NCBI GenBank assembly: GCA_964016885.1
Contig: OZ024763.1
Span: forward strand, 27,032,001 to 27,096,000
Length of the DNA: 64,000 nt
From: Eledone cirrhosa
Lineage: Eukaryota
Direction of reading: 5' to 3'
Shown: piece after piece, positions 39,273 through 53,760 of the stretch
Position numbering within the stretch: the stretch's first letter is position 1
Layout of the letters: each line of letters begins with the position of its first letter
Made by a program: the position numbers and the translations under genes
The notes under the pieces: generated by a model
The model's database searches: none
What the model saw: only the letters and a program-made list of their open reading frames with translations
Told to the model about the DNA's origin: nothing

Positions 39273-42200
39273 CAACAAGAGAGAGAGAAACAGATGTGAA
39301 AAACAAGATGAGAGAGGGAGGCGAGAGAGGAGGAGAGAGAGATGAGGTGAGAAACGAGAGAGATGAAATAAGATGAGGAGAGAGAGATGAGAGAGAGATG
39401 AGGTGAAAAACGAGAGAGACGAGAGGTGAGACAGGTGAGAGACGGAGATGAGAGAAGAGGGAGAGAGGAGTGAAAGAAGAGAGGAGGGAGAGAGGAGTGA
39501 AACAAGGGAGAGAGGAGGAGTGAAACAAGGGAGAGAGGAGGAGTGAAACATGAGAGAGAGGAGTGAAACAAGAGAGGAGGAGTGAAACAAGAGAGAGGAG
39601 TGAAACAAGAGAGAGAGGAGTGAAACAAGAGAGAGGAGTGAAACAAGAGAGAGAGGAGGGAGAGAGAGAGGAGTGAAAGAAGGGAGAGAGAGAGGAGTGA
39701 AACAAGAGAGAGGAGGGAGAGAGAGGCGTGAAAGAAGGGAGAGAGAGAGGAGTGAAACAAGAGAGAGGAGGGAGAGAGAGGAGTGAAAGAAGGGAGAGAG
39801 AGAGGAGGGAGAGAGAGAGGAGTGAAACAAGAGAGAGAAGAGGGAGAGGGAGAGAGAGGAGGGAGAGAGGAGCGAAACAAGAGAGAGGAGCGAAACAAGA
39901 GAGGAGGGAGAGAGGAGCGAAACAAGAGAGAGGAGGGAGAGAGGAGGGAGAGAGGAGCGAAACAAGAGAAGAGGGAGAGAGGAGCGAAACAAGAGAAGAG
40001 GGAGAGAGGAGTGAAACAAGAGAAGAGGGAGAGAGGAGTGAAACAAGAGAGGAGGGAGAGAGGAGTGAAACAAGAGAGGAGGGAGAGAGGAGTGAAACAA
40101 GAGAGAGAAGAGGGAAAGAGTGAAACAAGAGAGAGAGGAGGGAGAGAGAGGAGGGAGAGGAGGGAGAGGGGAGCGAAACAAGAGGGAGAGAGGAGCGAAA
40201 CAAGAGGGAGAGAGGAGCGAAACAAGAGGGAGAGGGGAGCGAAACAGGAGGGAGAGGGGAGCGAAACAGGAGGGAGAGGGTAGGGAGAGAGAGAGGAGTG
40301 AGAGAGAGAGGAGTGAAAGAAGGGAGAGAGAGAGAGGAGGGGAGTGAGAGGAGTGAAAGAAGAGAGGGGAGTGAGAGAGGAGTGAAACGAGAGAGAAGAG
40401 TGAGAGAGGAGTGAAACGAGAGAGAAGAGGGAGAGAGGAGTGAAACAAGAGAAGGAGGGAGAGAGGAGTGAAACAAGAGAGGAGGGAGAGAGGAGTGAAA
40501 CAAGAGAGGAGGGAGAGAGGAGTGAAACAAGAGAGGAGGGAGAGAGGAGTGAAACAAGAGAGGAGGGAGAGAGGAGTGAAAGAGGAGTGAAACAAGAGGG
40601 AAAGAGTGAAACAAGAGGGAAAGAGTGAAACAAGAGAGAGAAGAGGGAAAGGAGTGAAACAAGAGAGAGAAGAGGGAAAGAGGAGTGAAACAAGAGGGAA
40701 ACAAGAGAGAAGAGGGAAAGAGGAGTGAAACAAGAGGGAAACAAGAGAGAAGAGGGAAAGAGGAGTGAAACAAGAGAGAGAGGCAGAAGACGGAGAGAGG
40801 AGTGAAACAAGGAAGAGGAGGGAGAGAGGAGTGAAACAAGGGAGAGGAGTGTAACAAGAAAGAGAGGTGGGAGAGAGGAGGGAGAGGAGCGAGAGGGGAG
40901 CGAAACAAGAGAGAGAGGAGCGAGAGGGGAGGGAGAGGAGCGAGAGGGGAGCGAAACAAGAGAGAGAGGAGCGAGAGGGGAGCGAAACAAGAGAGAGAGG
41001 AGCGAGAGGGGAGCGAAACAAGAGAGAGAGGAGGGAGAGGGGAGCGAAACAAGAGAGAGAGAGGAGGGAGAGGGGAGCGAAACAAGAGAGAGAGAGGAGG
41101 GAGAGAGGAGGGAGAGAGGAGCGAAACAAGAGGAGGGAGAGGAGGGAGAGAGGAGAGGGAGAGGAGTGAAACAAGAGAGAGAGGAGGGAGAGGGGAGCGA
41201 AACAAGAGAGAGGAGGGAGAGGGGAGCGAAACAAGAGAGAGGAGGGAGAGGGGAGCGAAACAAGAGAGAGGAGGGAGAGGGGAGCGAAACAAGAGAGAGG
41301 AGGGAGAGGGGAGCGAAACAGGAGGGAGAGGGGAGCGAAACAAGAGAGAGGAGGGAGAGGGGAGCGAAACAAGAGAGAGGAGGGAGAGAGGAGTGAAACA
41401 AGAGAGAGAGGAGGGAGAGAGAGAGAGAGGAGGGAGAGAGAGAGGAGTGAAACAAGAGAGAGAAGAGGGAGAGAGAGAGGAGTGAGAGGGGAGCGAAACA
41501 AGAGAGAGGAGGGAGAGGGGAGCGAAACAAGAGAGAGGAGGGAGAGAGGAGTGAAACAAGAGAGAGAGGAGGGAGAGAGGAGTGAAACAAGAGAGAGGAG
41601 TGAAAGAAGGGAGAGAGAGAGGAGGGAGAGAGAGAGGAGTGAAACAAGAGAGAGAAGAGGGAGAGAGAGAGGAGTGAAACAAGAGAGAGAAGAGGGAGAG
41701 AGAGGAGTGAAAGAAGGGAGAGAGAGAGGAGGGAGAGAGAGAGGAGTGAAACAAGAGAGAGAAGAGGGAGAGAGAGAGGAGTGAAACAAGAGAGAGAAGA
41801 GGGAGAGAGAGGAGTGAAACAAGAGAGAGAGGAGGGAGAGAGGAGCGAAACAAGAGAGAGGAGGGAGAGAGGAGCGAAACAAGAGAGAGGAGGGAGAGAG
41901 GAGTGAAACGAGAAGAGGGAGAGAGGAGTGAAACAAGAGAGGAGGGAGAGAGGAGTGAAAGGAGTGAAACAAGAGAGAGAAGAGGGAGAGAGGAGGGAGA
42001 GGGGAGGGAGAGAGGAGGGAGAGGGGAGCGAAACAGGAGGGAGAGAGGAGTGAAACAGGAGGGAGAGAGGAGGGAGAGAGAGAGGAGTGAGAGAGAGAGG
42101 AGTGAAAGAAGAGAGAAGAGGGAGAGAGGAGTGAAACGAGAGAGAAGAGGGAGAGAGGAGTGAAACGAGAGAGAAGAGGGAGAGAGGAGTGAAACAAGAG

Positions 42201-44363
42201 AGGAGGGAGAGAGGAGTGAAACGAGAGAGGAGGGAGAGAGGAGTGAAAGAGGAGTGAAAGAGGAGTGAAACAAGAGAGAGGAGGGAGAGGGGAGCGAAAC
42301 AAGAGAGAGAGGAGGGAGTGGGGAGCGAAACAAGAGAGAGAGGAGGGAGAGGAGTGAAACAAGAGAGAGAGGAGGGAGAGGAGTGAAACAAGAGAGAGAG
42401 GAGGGAGAGGAGTGAAACAAGAGAGAGAGGAGGGAGAGGAGTGAAACAAGAGAGAGAGAGGAGGGAGAGGGGAGCGAAACAAGAGAGAGAGAGGAGGGAG
42501 AGGGGAGCGAAACAAGAGAGAGAGAGGAGGGAGAGGGGAGCGAAACAAGAGAGAGAGAGGAGGGAGAGGAGTGAAACAAGAGAGAGAGAGGAGGGAGAGG
42601 GGAGCGAAACAAGAGAGAGAGAGGAGGGAGAGGAGTGAAACAAGAGAGAGAGAGGAGGGAGAGAGTGAAAGAAGGGAGAGAGGAGGGAGGGAGAGAGGAG
42701 AGGGAGAGGAGTGAAACAAGAGAGAGAGGAGGGAGAGGGGAGCGAAACAAGAGAGAGAGGAGAGCGAAACAAGAGAGAGAGGAGGGAGAGGGGAGCGAAA
42801 CAAGAGAGAGAGGAGGGAGAGAGGAGCGAAACGAGAGAGAGGAGGGAGAGAGGAGTGCAACAAGAGAGAGAGGAGGGAGAGAGGAGTGAAACAAGAAAGA
42901 GGAGGGAGAGGAGTGAAACAAGATAGAGGAGGGAGAGAGAGGAGTGAGAGAGGAGTGAGAGAGGAGGGAGGGAGGAGGGAGGGAGGAGGGAGGGAGGAGT
43001 GAAACAAGGGAGAGGAGGGAGAGGAGGGAGAGGAGTGAAACAAGAGAGAGAGGAGGGAGAGAGTGAAAGAAGGGAGAGAGGGAGGGAGAGAGGAGTGAAA
43101 CAAGGGAGAGGAGTGAAACAAGGGAGGAGGGAGAGAGGAGTGAAACAAGGGAGGAGGGAGAGAGGAGTGAAACAAGGGAGAGGAGTGAAACAAGGGAGGA
43201 GGGAGAGAGAGGAGTGAAAGAAGGGAGAGAGGAGGGAGAGAGAGAGGAGTGAAAAAAGGGAGAGAGGAGGGAGAGAGAGAGGAGTGAAAAAAGGGAGAGA
43301 GGAGGGAGAGGGGAGCGAAACAAGAGAGAGGAGGGAGAGGGGAGCGAAACAAGAGAGAGGAGGGAGAGAGGAGCGAAACAAGAGAGGAGGGAGAGAGGAG
43401 CGAAACAAGAGAGAGGAGGGAGAGAGGAGTGAAACAAGGGAGAGGAGTGAAACAAGAGAGAGAGGAGTGAAAGAAGGGAGAGAGGAGGGAGAGAGAGAGG
43501 AGTGAAAGAAGGGAGAGAGGAGGGAGAGAGAGAGGAGTGAAAAAAGGGAGAGAGGAGGGAGCGAAACAAGAGAGAGAGGAGGGAGAGGGGAACGAAACAA
43601 GAGAGAGGAGGGAGAGGGGAGCGAAACAAGAGAGGGAGAGGAGTGAAACAAGAGAGAGAGGAGGGAGAGAGTGAAAGAAGGGAGAGAGGAGGGAGAGAGG
43701 AGTGAGAGGAGGGAGAGAGGAGTGAAACAAGAGAGAGAGGAGGGAGAGAGGAGTGAAACAAGAGAGAGAGGAGGGAGAGAGAGAGGAGTGAGAGAAGGGA
43801 GAGGGGAGCGAAACAAGAGAGAGAGGAGGGAGTGAGAGAGGAGGGAGGGAGAGAGGAGTGAAACAAGAGAGAGAGGAGGGAGGGAGAGAGGAGTGAAAGA
43901 AGGGAGAGAGGGAGAGAGGAGTGAAAGAAGGGAGAGAAGGGAGAGAGGAGGGAGAGGGGAGTGAAACAAGAGAGAGGAGGGAGAGGGGAGCGAAACAAGG
44001 GAGAGGGGAGCGAAACAAGAGAGAGGAGCGAAACAAGAGAGAGAGGAGGGAGAGAGGAGTGAACCAAGAGAGAGAGAGACGGGAGAGAGGTGTGAAACAG
44101 AGAGGAGGGAGAGAGGAGAGAGAGGAGTGAAACAAGAGAGTGAGAGGAGGGAGAGAGGAGTGAAACAAGAGAGAGAGAGAGGAGGGAAACAAGAGAGGGA
44201 GAGAGGAGGGAGAGAGTGAAACAAGAGAGAGAGGAGGGAGAGAGGAGTGAAACAAGAGAGAGGAGGGAGAGAGGAGGGAGAGAGGAAGGAGAGAGGAGTG
44301 AAAGAAGAGAGGAGGGAGAGAGGAGTGAAACAAGAGAGAGAGGAGGGAGAGAGAGGAGGGAGA
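39273..44363 (+). repeat. Polypurine satellite, copy 2 (~5.1 kb)
   Basis: Same core as 6094-9002, with more GAGCGAAAC variants. Confidence 0.97.
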
Positions 44364-44476
44364 CTTACCTTTTTGCGATGTCAAATAAAGTTTGACAGTA
44401 CTTTTAGATTTTACAATTATAGGAATGGTTCGACATGATAACTACACAAGATAGAAAATATACAGAAACTAATATA

Positions 44477-44630
44477 ATTGTTTCTACTTTTGGCACAAGT
44501 CCAGCAATTACCCACTGGTAATTTATTTTATCGACCCCGTAAGAATGAAAGACAGTTAACCTCGGCCGGATTTGAACTCAGAATGGAAAGGGGCGTAATT
44601 CTATGCGTCAAAGCATGGTGTCCGACGGTG
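44477..44630 (-). mobile_element. tRNA-derived SINE, partial
   Basis: Paralog of 9105-9258. Confidence 0.8.
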
Positions 44631-45164
44631 TAGTGTGGTGATGTGTGTGGTGTGGTGTGTAGAAGGTAATGTGCGTTGTGTAGTGTGTAGAGTGTGGTGT
44701 GTAGAGTATAATGTGTGGTGAGTGATGTGTATGGCGTGGTGTGTGAGTACATGTGTTGAGTATGTGGTGTGTGTTGTAATTGTATGTATGTGTGAGTGTT
44801 TAATGTGCTGTGTTAATGAGTGGACTGGAGTAAAAAGGAGTCACACAACCTTTAAAAGACCCTAAATTAACTTGCCCTAATTACTATATATACTCAATTA
44901 TAAGCCGATCCCTTTTTTATTTGAGAAATAGGACAGAATCCAAACCCCATTAATAAGCCATGGTGGCTAATCAACAGACGACAGTTTTGAAATTCTCATG
45001 AGTGGAGAATATATTTATGAAGTTTTAATTTTGATATTTAAAATGTTTTGAGTGTCATTTAGAGTATAGTTTTTATTTCACTTCTTTATGTAATGAGTTA
45101 CCATTTTCTGATTGATTTCAAGGCCATATTCATTAAAATCATCAAATATAATAGCAAATATAAA

Positions 45165-46385
45165 TTTCACTTCCAAAGTGAAACTGGTGTAATATATCCA
45201 CCACCAAAGTGAAACTGATGTAATATTCCAAAGTGAAACTGGTGTAATATTCCAAAGTGAAACTGGTGTAATATTCCAAAGTGAAACTGGTTTAATATAC
45301 ACCTACAAAGTGAAACTGGTGTAATATTCACCTCCAAAGTGTAAACTGGTTAAATATTCACCTCCAAAGTGAAACTGGTGTAATATATCCACCTCCAAAG
45401 TGAAACTGGTGCAATATTCCAAAGTGAAACTGGTGTAATATTCCAAAGTGAAACTGGTGTAATATTCACCTCCAAAGTGTAAACTGGTGTAATATTCCAA
45501 AGTGAAACTGGTGTAATATATCCACATCAAAAGTGAAACTAGTGTAATATATCCACCTCCAAAGTGAAACTGGTGTAATATTCCAAAGTGAAACTGGTGT
45601 AATATTCCAAAGTGAAACTGGTGTAATATTCCAAAGTGAAACTGGTGTAATATTCCAAAGAGAAACTGGTGTAATATTCACCCCCAAAGTGTAAACTGGT
45701 GTAATATTCCAAAGTGAAACTGGTGAAATATTCACCTCCAAAGTGAAACTGGTGTAATATATCCACCACCAAAGTGAAACTGGTGTAATATTCCAAAGTG
45801 AAACTGGTGTAATATTCACCTCCAAAGTGTAAACTGGTGTAATATTCCAAAGTGAAACTGGTGTAATATTCACCTCCAAAGTGTAAACTGGTGTAATATT
45901 CACCTCCAAAGTGTAAACTGGTGTAATATTCCAAAGTAAAACTGGTGTAATATTCCAAAGTGAAACTAGTGTAATATTCACCTGCAAAGTGAAACTGGTG
46001 TAATATATCCACATCGAAAGTAAAACTGTTGTAATATATTCACCTGCAAAGTAAAACTGTTGTAATATATTCACCTGCAAAGTAAAACTGTTGTAATATA
46101 TTCACCTGCAAAGTGAAACTGGTGTAATATATTCACCTGCAAAATGAAACTGGTGTAATATTCCAAAGTGAAACTGGTGTAATATTCCAAAGTGAAACTG
46201 GTGTAATATTCCAAAGTGAAACTGGTGTAATATTCCAAAGTGAATCTGGTGTAATATTCCAAAGTGAATCTGGTGTAATATTCACCTCCAAAGTGAAACT
46301 GGTGTAATATTCACCTCCAAAGTGAAACTGGTGTAATATTCACCTCCAAAGTGAAACTGGTGCAACATTCATCTCCAAAGCGAAA
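45165..46385 (+). repeat. Minisatellite CAAAGTGAAACTGGTGTAATAT, copy 2
   Basis: Directly visible. Confidence 0.97.
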
Positions 46386-46888
46386 ATATTTTAGCACCTC
46401 ATTTACATATAATTTTTAAGTTGGTGAAATCAAAATATTGACCTCGAAGACAAGTCCTCCTCCCTATTTTACCATCAATATTTTGTCACATTTATCGACA
46501 TATATACAAGTATATACAATATTTACTTTACATAAATTATCAAAAGATTTGCTATTTATGTAAACAGAATTATCCGAAACTAAATCTAATAAAATTTCTT
46601 TTAATTAAATTTAAGAAAAAAAATATAGTTTGAAAGAAAACTAGAGATCACTGCTCCGACCAAGGTGTAGGGGTCACTGATTTTGACCAAGGTGTAGGGG
46701 TCACTACATACAAAATAAACAGTACTCACTGTAAATGAGGTTAGCGTTTTGAAAGGCTTCCAGCTGTTAAAGCGAAGCCAAGATCAGTTCTGTATGAGCA
46801 AGACATGGTCACCTGACCTGGCATTGCCCACAATAGGACAACTCGTCTAACCCATGCTAGCGTAGAAAAATGGACATTAAATTGTGAT

Positions 46889-47170
46889 TATGTATGTATG
46901 TATGTATGTATGTATGTATGTATGTATGTATGTATGTATGTATGTATGTATGTATGTATGTATGTATGTATGTATGTATGTATGTATGTATGTATGTATG
47001 TATGTATGTATGTATGTATGTATGTATGTATGTATGTATGTATGTATGTATGTATGTATGTATGTATGTATGTATGTATGTATGTATGTATGTATGTATG
47101 TATGTATGTATGTATGTATGTATGTATGTATGTATGTATGTATGTATGTATGTATGTATGTATGTATGTA

Positions 47171-47245
<75 letters not shown>
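46889..47245 (+). repeat. (TATG)n(TG)n compound microsatellite
   Basis: Directly visible. Confidence 0.98.
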
Positions 47246-47248
<3 letters not shown>

Positions 47249-47443
47249 AGTCTCTGGTTCAATCGAGGGGGAAACCACAATAGGTAAAGTACTCAATACA
47301 TTAGTAGAGTATATACAAAATATAATATAGAAATAGCTTCTACAGGACTAGGAATATTTCATTCGAAGGAAATCATCAGGAAAGCCCCGATTTCCTTGAA
47401 ATGAAAGTTCTAGTCCTGTAGAAGTCCTTTCTATATCATTCTG

Positions 47444-47897
47444 TTGACAAAGGGTTTCTCCCTACGAACGAAAAGCCAGTTATATGATGCCTGTGTGAGA
47501 TGGGTAGCAACTGCGGAGGATATGCGACGGCTGGAGAGAAATGAATCAAGCATGCTCCGTTGGATGTGCAATGTCAATGTGTGTGAACGACCAAGTATAG
47601 ACGAGTTGAAAAAGAAACTGGGTATAAGAGGGATAAGTTGTGGTGTGCAGGAGAGAAGACTGCGATGGTATGGACATGTGATGCGCATGGAGGATGACCG
47701 CTGGGTAAAGAAGTGCCAAGAAATCCCAGTAGAAGGAAGATGCAGTAGAGGATGACCACGAAAATCATGGGCGGGAGTGGTGAGAGCTGACCTCAGATCG
47801 CTGAAACTCACAGATGACGACGAAGGACAGTGACGATGGAGAGATGCTGTGCTGAATAGGACCCGTCCCACCCTTGCAAGCAGGAAAACTCAGACGT
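47444..47897 (+). mobile_element. RTE-type LINE 3' fragment, copy 2
   Basis: Paralog of 12092-12545 with an extra stop (AGA to TGA at 47753). Confidence 0.85.
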
Positions 47898-48509
47898 ATG
47901 AAAAGATATATATATAAGAATCAAATATACTACTTGACCAATATACTAATATGTATAGATAATATAGATATAACAAACCTGTTGGTATAAACATCAACAC
48001 TGGTAGACTCCTTCAGTACAGGAGAGGGGCAGATGATACTCTTGGCTTGTGTTTGATCAATAGCATCACTCCTTCCCTCTGGCACATAAATTTCTATTTG
48101 GTAGTGACCAGTTGTTTCCTCCTACTAAGAAAGAAATACCACCAGGGGTCAGAAGATTAATTTATGAGTTTTATTTATTTAGTTTATGTATCATATACAG
48201 GGTGTCCCCCCAAAATGTATACACGCTTCAACAATATTCTTATAAATATGTGTATGCATTTTTTTTTTTTGGGGGGGGGGGGTCACCCTGTATTTGTGGC
48301 TGAATTTTTGTGGTGGTGGTGGAAGGTTATTGTGGCTGAGGGAAGGAAGGGAGGGAGAATGTAGATTGTGTGTGTGTTGACTGTAGACTGTGTGTGTGTG
48401 TGTGCGCGTGCGTGTCTGTGTAAGTAGAAGAGAGAGAGAACCTGAGATAGGAGAGACACATACATGTATGTGTGTCTCCCATCTCACGTTCTCTCTCCCT
48501 TCTACTTGC

Positions 48510-48615
<106 letters not shown>

Positions 48616-48739
48616 CCCAACTCTTGGAGGAGTCGGGGCGCCATAGAGATGTAGAGTGTGTCTTGGGCATTTATATACCTGGTGGAGCCCATCTTATCGG
48701 AGAGAGAGAGAGAGAGAGAGAGAGAACACATACGCATGT

Positions 48740-48966
48740 TTAACCCTTTAGCATTTAAACCGGCCATATCTGGCCAGAATTCTCTCACCTCTTTCTGTTC
48801 AAACCGACCGTAACTAGCCACACATACTGATGTTAAGGTATTGTTTTCAAAGTAAATAATATCATCATCAAAATCTCAGATTCGATGTGAATAATTATGT
48901 GAGATCAAGTCTTTACTGTGAAAATACAATAGTAGATATAGAGTAATGTGAATGCTAAAGTGTTAA
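48740..48966. mobile_element. piggyBac-like MITE, copy 2
   Basis: TTAA-CCCTTTAGCATT...AATGCTAAAGTG-TTAA. Confidence 0.75.
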
Positions 48967-49539
48967 ACACACACAAACATACATATACACAGCCTTAATA
49001 TAAACCATCAATACTTACCATAGATATACAGTGTTGTTTACCATCTCCAGTCAGTTTAAACTGGAGATGGTAGACAGCCAGACCAATCTCAGAGATAATA
49101 TTTACGTTTATGTTGACAGAGGGCAAATGGGTGGGTATTGGTGTGGTCAGCCAGAACAATGACGTCCCCTTCTTCTGTAAGGTTGCCAGAACGGGACTGG
49201 GTCACTACAAAATTAAAACAATATTTGTTATATGAACAGTGTGTGTGTGAGTAGGGGGGGGGGGTAATTTTTTGCGTGGGGGTTAATTTAGAGAATATAG
49301 GGTTAACATCAACAATGTGGAGGTAATATGGCTAACATGAAGAGTGTGGTGTGTGTGTGGGGGGGGGGGGGGTAAACATGGCGAGAGTGTGTGTGTGTGT
49401 GGGGGGGGGGCAAACATGGCGAGTGTGTGATGGGGGGGACAAACATGGCGAGAGTGTGTGTGTGGAGGGCTAACATGGAGATAGTGTGGGGGCTTTTGAA
49501 CAGGAGAGGTTATCAGTATGCGTGTAGTTGTAGAAGGGT

Positions 49540-49672
<133 letters not shown>

Positions 49673-49685
49673 AGAGAGAGAGAGA

Positions 49686-49915
49686 GGCACGTGGCCTAGT
49701 GGTAAGGGTCTTGGACTTACAATCATAACATCGTGGGTTCGATTCCTGGGTTCTGTGTTGTGTTCTTGAGCAAAACACTTCATTTCACGTTGCTCCAGTA
49801 AACTCAGCTGAAAATGAGTACCAACTATAGATGGGGGTTTAACCCTGCGATGGACTGGCGCCCTGTCCAGGGTGGAGTCTTGTACTCTCAGTCGTTTCAC
49901 GCCATAATGCATGGA
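49686..49915 (+). mobile_element. tRNA-derived SINE, second family, copy 2
   Basis: Paralog of 14362-14585. Confidence 0.8.
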
Positions 49916-50282
49916 AAATCTAAGTCGTCTAACTACAGAGGTACAACGTCAAACCATTCTAGCCCATTACTATAAAAAGTTATTTCAAAAATAAATAGAT
50001 GATAAATAGAAAAAGAGAAATGGGAAATACATATACATACACAAATATATATATATATATATATATATTAAAATAACAGATTAAAGTTTAAGCAAAGAAT
50101 CGCTGCTTTCACCCTTAACGGGATCTGTTATTTTAATAAATATTTGCTCTACGGTTCTTATATATTTATCCTTATCGAGCCCTCTTTGGATTTTAGTCTT
50201 CAAATTTATTATTATTACTATATATATATATATAAATAAAAGTGAGTTTTATTATTTCTGGAAATATAATAATATCCCCCAC

Positions 50283-50327
<45 letters not shown>

Positions 50328-50331
50328 TATA

Positions 50332-50471
50332 TAGGGGTGGGGGATATTATTATATTGCCAGAAATAATAAAACTCACTTTTTGGTTTGGGTTGGATTTCA
50401 CTTCCATATATTTTATATCTATCCCTATAGTTAATTTAACTAGCAATCAATGTTTTATTGATTGACCAACA

Positions 50472-50530
<59 letters not shown>

Positions 50531-51102
50531 CCGAGTTCTTTCGTCACACACCTGTGAGATCAGTGATACTATTGTTTCTTCCTGTTGTATTGTAATGATG
50601 GTACAACAACCAATCAAAGGCCATAAGAAAGATTAAAGTGGTAGAAAAGCCAGGATCTACTATAAAATCCCTGAATTAGGGAAGCAACTGAAATAGAACC
50701 AAGAAAACCGAAGTAGAACAGAAAACTTGAATGGAACAACAACAAGCATACAAATACACACTAGTGACCAAAGATAGAATACAAACACGAACACAAACCA
50801 AACAGAAAACGCGCATAGAAACACATTCGGAAATCGAGACAAATAAATAAACAATTGAATAAGTAAACATTACAATACAACGGGAGGAAACAATAATATC
50901 ACTGATGATGTCACAAGTGTGTGATGAAAGAATTCAGACTATAAATAAATATATATATATATAAACAGTTGGTTAATCAATGATAAACATTGATTGCCAG
51001 CTAAATTAACTATAGGGATGTAGAATATACGGAAGCCAAAACCAACCCAACCCAAACTGTTTTATATATTTCTGGCAATACTATAACAATATGACCCTTC
51101 CC
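50332..51102. mobile_element. MITE/foldback element, copy 2
   Basis: Paralog of 15040-15776. Confidence 0.8.
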
Positions 51103-51325
51103 AAATATAATTTCTTTCGACATACGATTTCATATAAAAAAACGTTGCAAACAAATTAGTTCGGATCTAGCTGTCGAAACATCTAGCTTCTGTGTTTTTT
51201 TTTCTTTTGTTTTTCCTTTCCCTTTCCTTTATATTATATTATATTATATTATATATTTGTTTGTGCTTTCGTTCTGTAAATATTGTATTATATTTCTTTT
51301 TATAAGAAATATAATACAATTTTAA

Positions 51326-51515
51326 GGGCAGTAGATTGGCAGTATCAGTAGAGAGTCGGACACCATGCTTTGCAGCATAGAGTCACGGCCCTTTACGCTC
51401 TGAGTTCAAATCCCGCTGAGGTTAACTTTACCTTTCATCCTTACGGCGTCGATAAAATAAAGTACCAGTCATGCACTGGGATAATTGCTGGCCTTGTGCC
51501 AAAAGTAGAAACAAT
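51326..51515 (+). mobile_element. tRNA-derived SINE
   Basis: Paralog of 15994-16180. Confidence 0.85.
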
Positions 51516-51984
51516 GATATTTCTTTTTATACAAAATAAAATTTAAATCATCTATAATACTTAGATACAACAATACAATAAAAATATTGCAAATGAGAGG
51601 TGTCATTTACCTTTAATCTCACCTCTTCCCATTAGATCTATATTTTACTTCTGGAATACTGTATTAACATTTATATTTTCATGTCTATATTATTAAGTAT
51701 TAAGGTTGTTATATAATATTTAGAATACAGTCTACAGACAAGGGGAAGTAGGGAAGGGATAATTATTTAAAAACTGATCTCTCAACTCCATCTTTATTTA
51801 GCTTACCCCAGGGTTTCCCAACTTGGGCGATTTCATATATACGTACACATATATATTCATTAAATAATAACCCTTCTTTAATATTTAACTCTGCACCTTA
51901 AGCACACCTCGCTTCGGCTATTGGCGTCTAGTATACTGTACCACACTTTTTTGTCTCCTCTTTTCTTATGATACATATCTTCTC

Positions 51985-52028
<44 letters not shown>

Positions 52029-52214
52029 ATACATACATGCATAAACACTTCTATGCAAATACTCATACATATATATTAAAAACACATATATACCAGCATA
52101 ATAACGATTGACAAACCATCAGGACACATGCTTTGCTTGCTCGTGTGAAAACCGAACTTGCTACTCTACGTACACTGACGGAAACAGATATGTACATAAA
52201 CACACAAATAGAAC

Positions 52215-53760
52215 TGGTATGACTTATATAGGTACATCAAAGATTTTGTTCCACTATTGAACCATTCGAGGTAGTTAGAACGAAGTAGCAGTGTAGTACT
52301 GGGGTCAATTCTTCTATATCTCTTTCTTAATTCCTTTCTCTCACTCTATATCCGCCTCAGGAAAACAACCTATCTGGGGTAGAGATCGGATCTGTCACCT
52401 TATACAAAATACCCCGAACACCCCGAATGTCAATGTGGGACCTCTACAACTCCCTCACAAGTTATAGGTCCCTACATACATACATAGAAACATCAGAGAT
52501 ATCTTTTATATCTTTCACTCGATAATGCTAGACAAGTATTCCGTGAGTCAGAAAGGAATATTTGCGATATGACGGGAGAACCTCTCTGAATAAATATTAG
52601 ATAGTTCAGATGCTACGTAAAGCAGGCGGCGACAACATCGAAGACCAGAGATGCCATGTGGAAATGGACATCGACATAACACACATAGGGTTACCTTATA
52701 ATCATAGACATTTGGGCTTATGAACACACACACATAAATATATACGGGTGCACAGGTGTACGGAGTTCTCATGTCGCCACTAAGGATTCCGCCAGATGTC
52801 CCGTCACACATCTCTACACCTTCCATTAAATGTTGATTAGTAAATATATAGTAAGTATATATCACATGTAAGAGGGAAAGCCATAGCAAGTGTTGAGGAT
52901 AAGAGACGTGTGGAATTAATAATAAAAATATTGTTAAAATTATTAATAGTAGTAGTTGCCACAATAAAGTGGGGAGGACAACATTATTATAAATACTTAT
53001 AATTGTTTCTACTTTAGGCACAAGGCCAGCAATTACTCAGTACATTACTGGTACTTTATTTTATCGACCCCGTAAGGATGAAAGGCGTTGTTTAGAGGGC
53101 GGTGGATTGGCAGTATCAGTAGAGGGTCGGACGCCATGCTTTGACGTATAGAGTTACGGCCCTTGCCATTCTGAGTTCAAATCCCGCCGAGGTTAACTTT
53201 GCCTTTCATCCTTACAGGGTCGATAAAAGAAAGTACCAGTAATGTACTGGGTAATTGCTGGCCTTGTGCCAAACGTAGAAACAATTATTATAAATACTTA
53301 TATACACACAAGCTTAAACAGGTATACATACGTACGCTTATCTAGACTCGTACGTACATAAACGTTTATAAATAAAAGCCGAAGCTGATATAAAGAACAT
53401 AGCTTACCATATCGAATTTGGAAGGATGCACATAACGTTGCTTCAACATGGTCCCATCATCATTTGCTGATACGATTATTGCATACGCAACACAAGTTTA
53501 AAGGGCTATCTGTTTAGAAACCATCAAGCCAGGCCACCATCTAGACACTGAGGTATGACAGTTGAAGGACATCAGGTGGTTATAGCTTCAAATCAAACCT
53601 AAAGAGATAAAAATAAAATCATGATATATTTTCTGAAAACTACAGAATAGTAAAAGACATGTCGACACCTTTGCGGTATTAATAAGACTGAGAAGGGTAT
53701 GAACGCCACCATGTCAATTAAGCTTCGAAAATAGAAAGTAGGTTTATATATCTATTAATT
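52215..53760 (-). pseudogene. Decayed TLR-like remnant, subtype D, with inverted SINE pair at 53001-53290
   Basis: Paralog of 16870-18440, YLEW at 52262-52273. Confidence 0.68.

Noticed and set aside
46877-47330. HT/YIHT/CV-repeat ORFs here and at 13.1, 14.2, 48.4, 49.5 and 55.5 kb
   Set aside because: Microsatellite translations.
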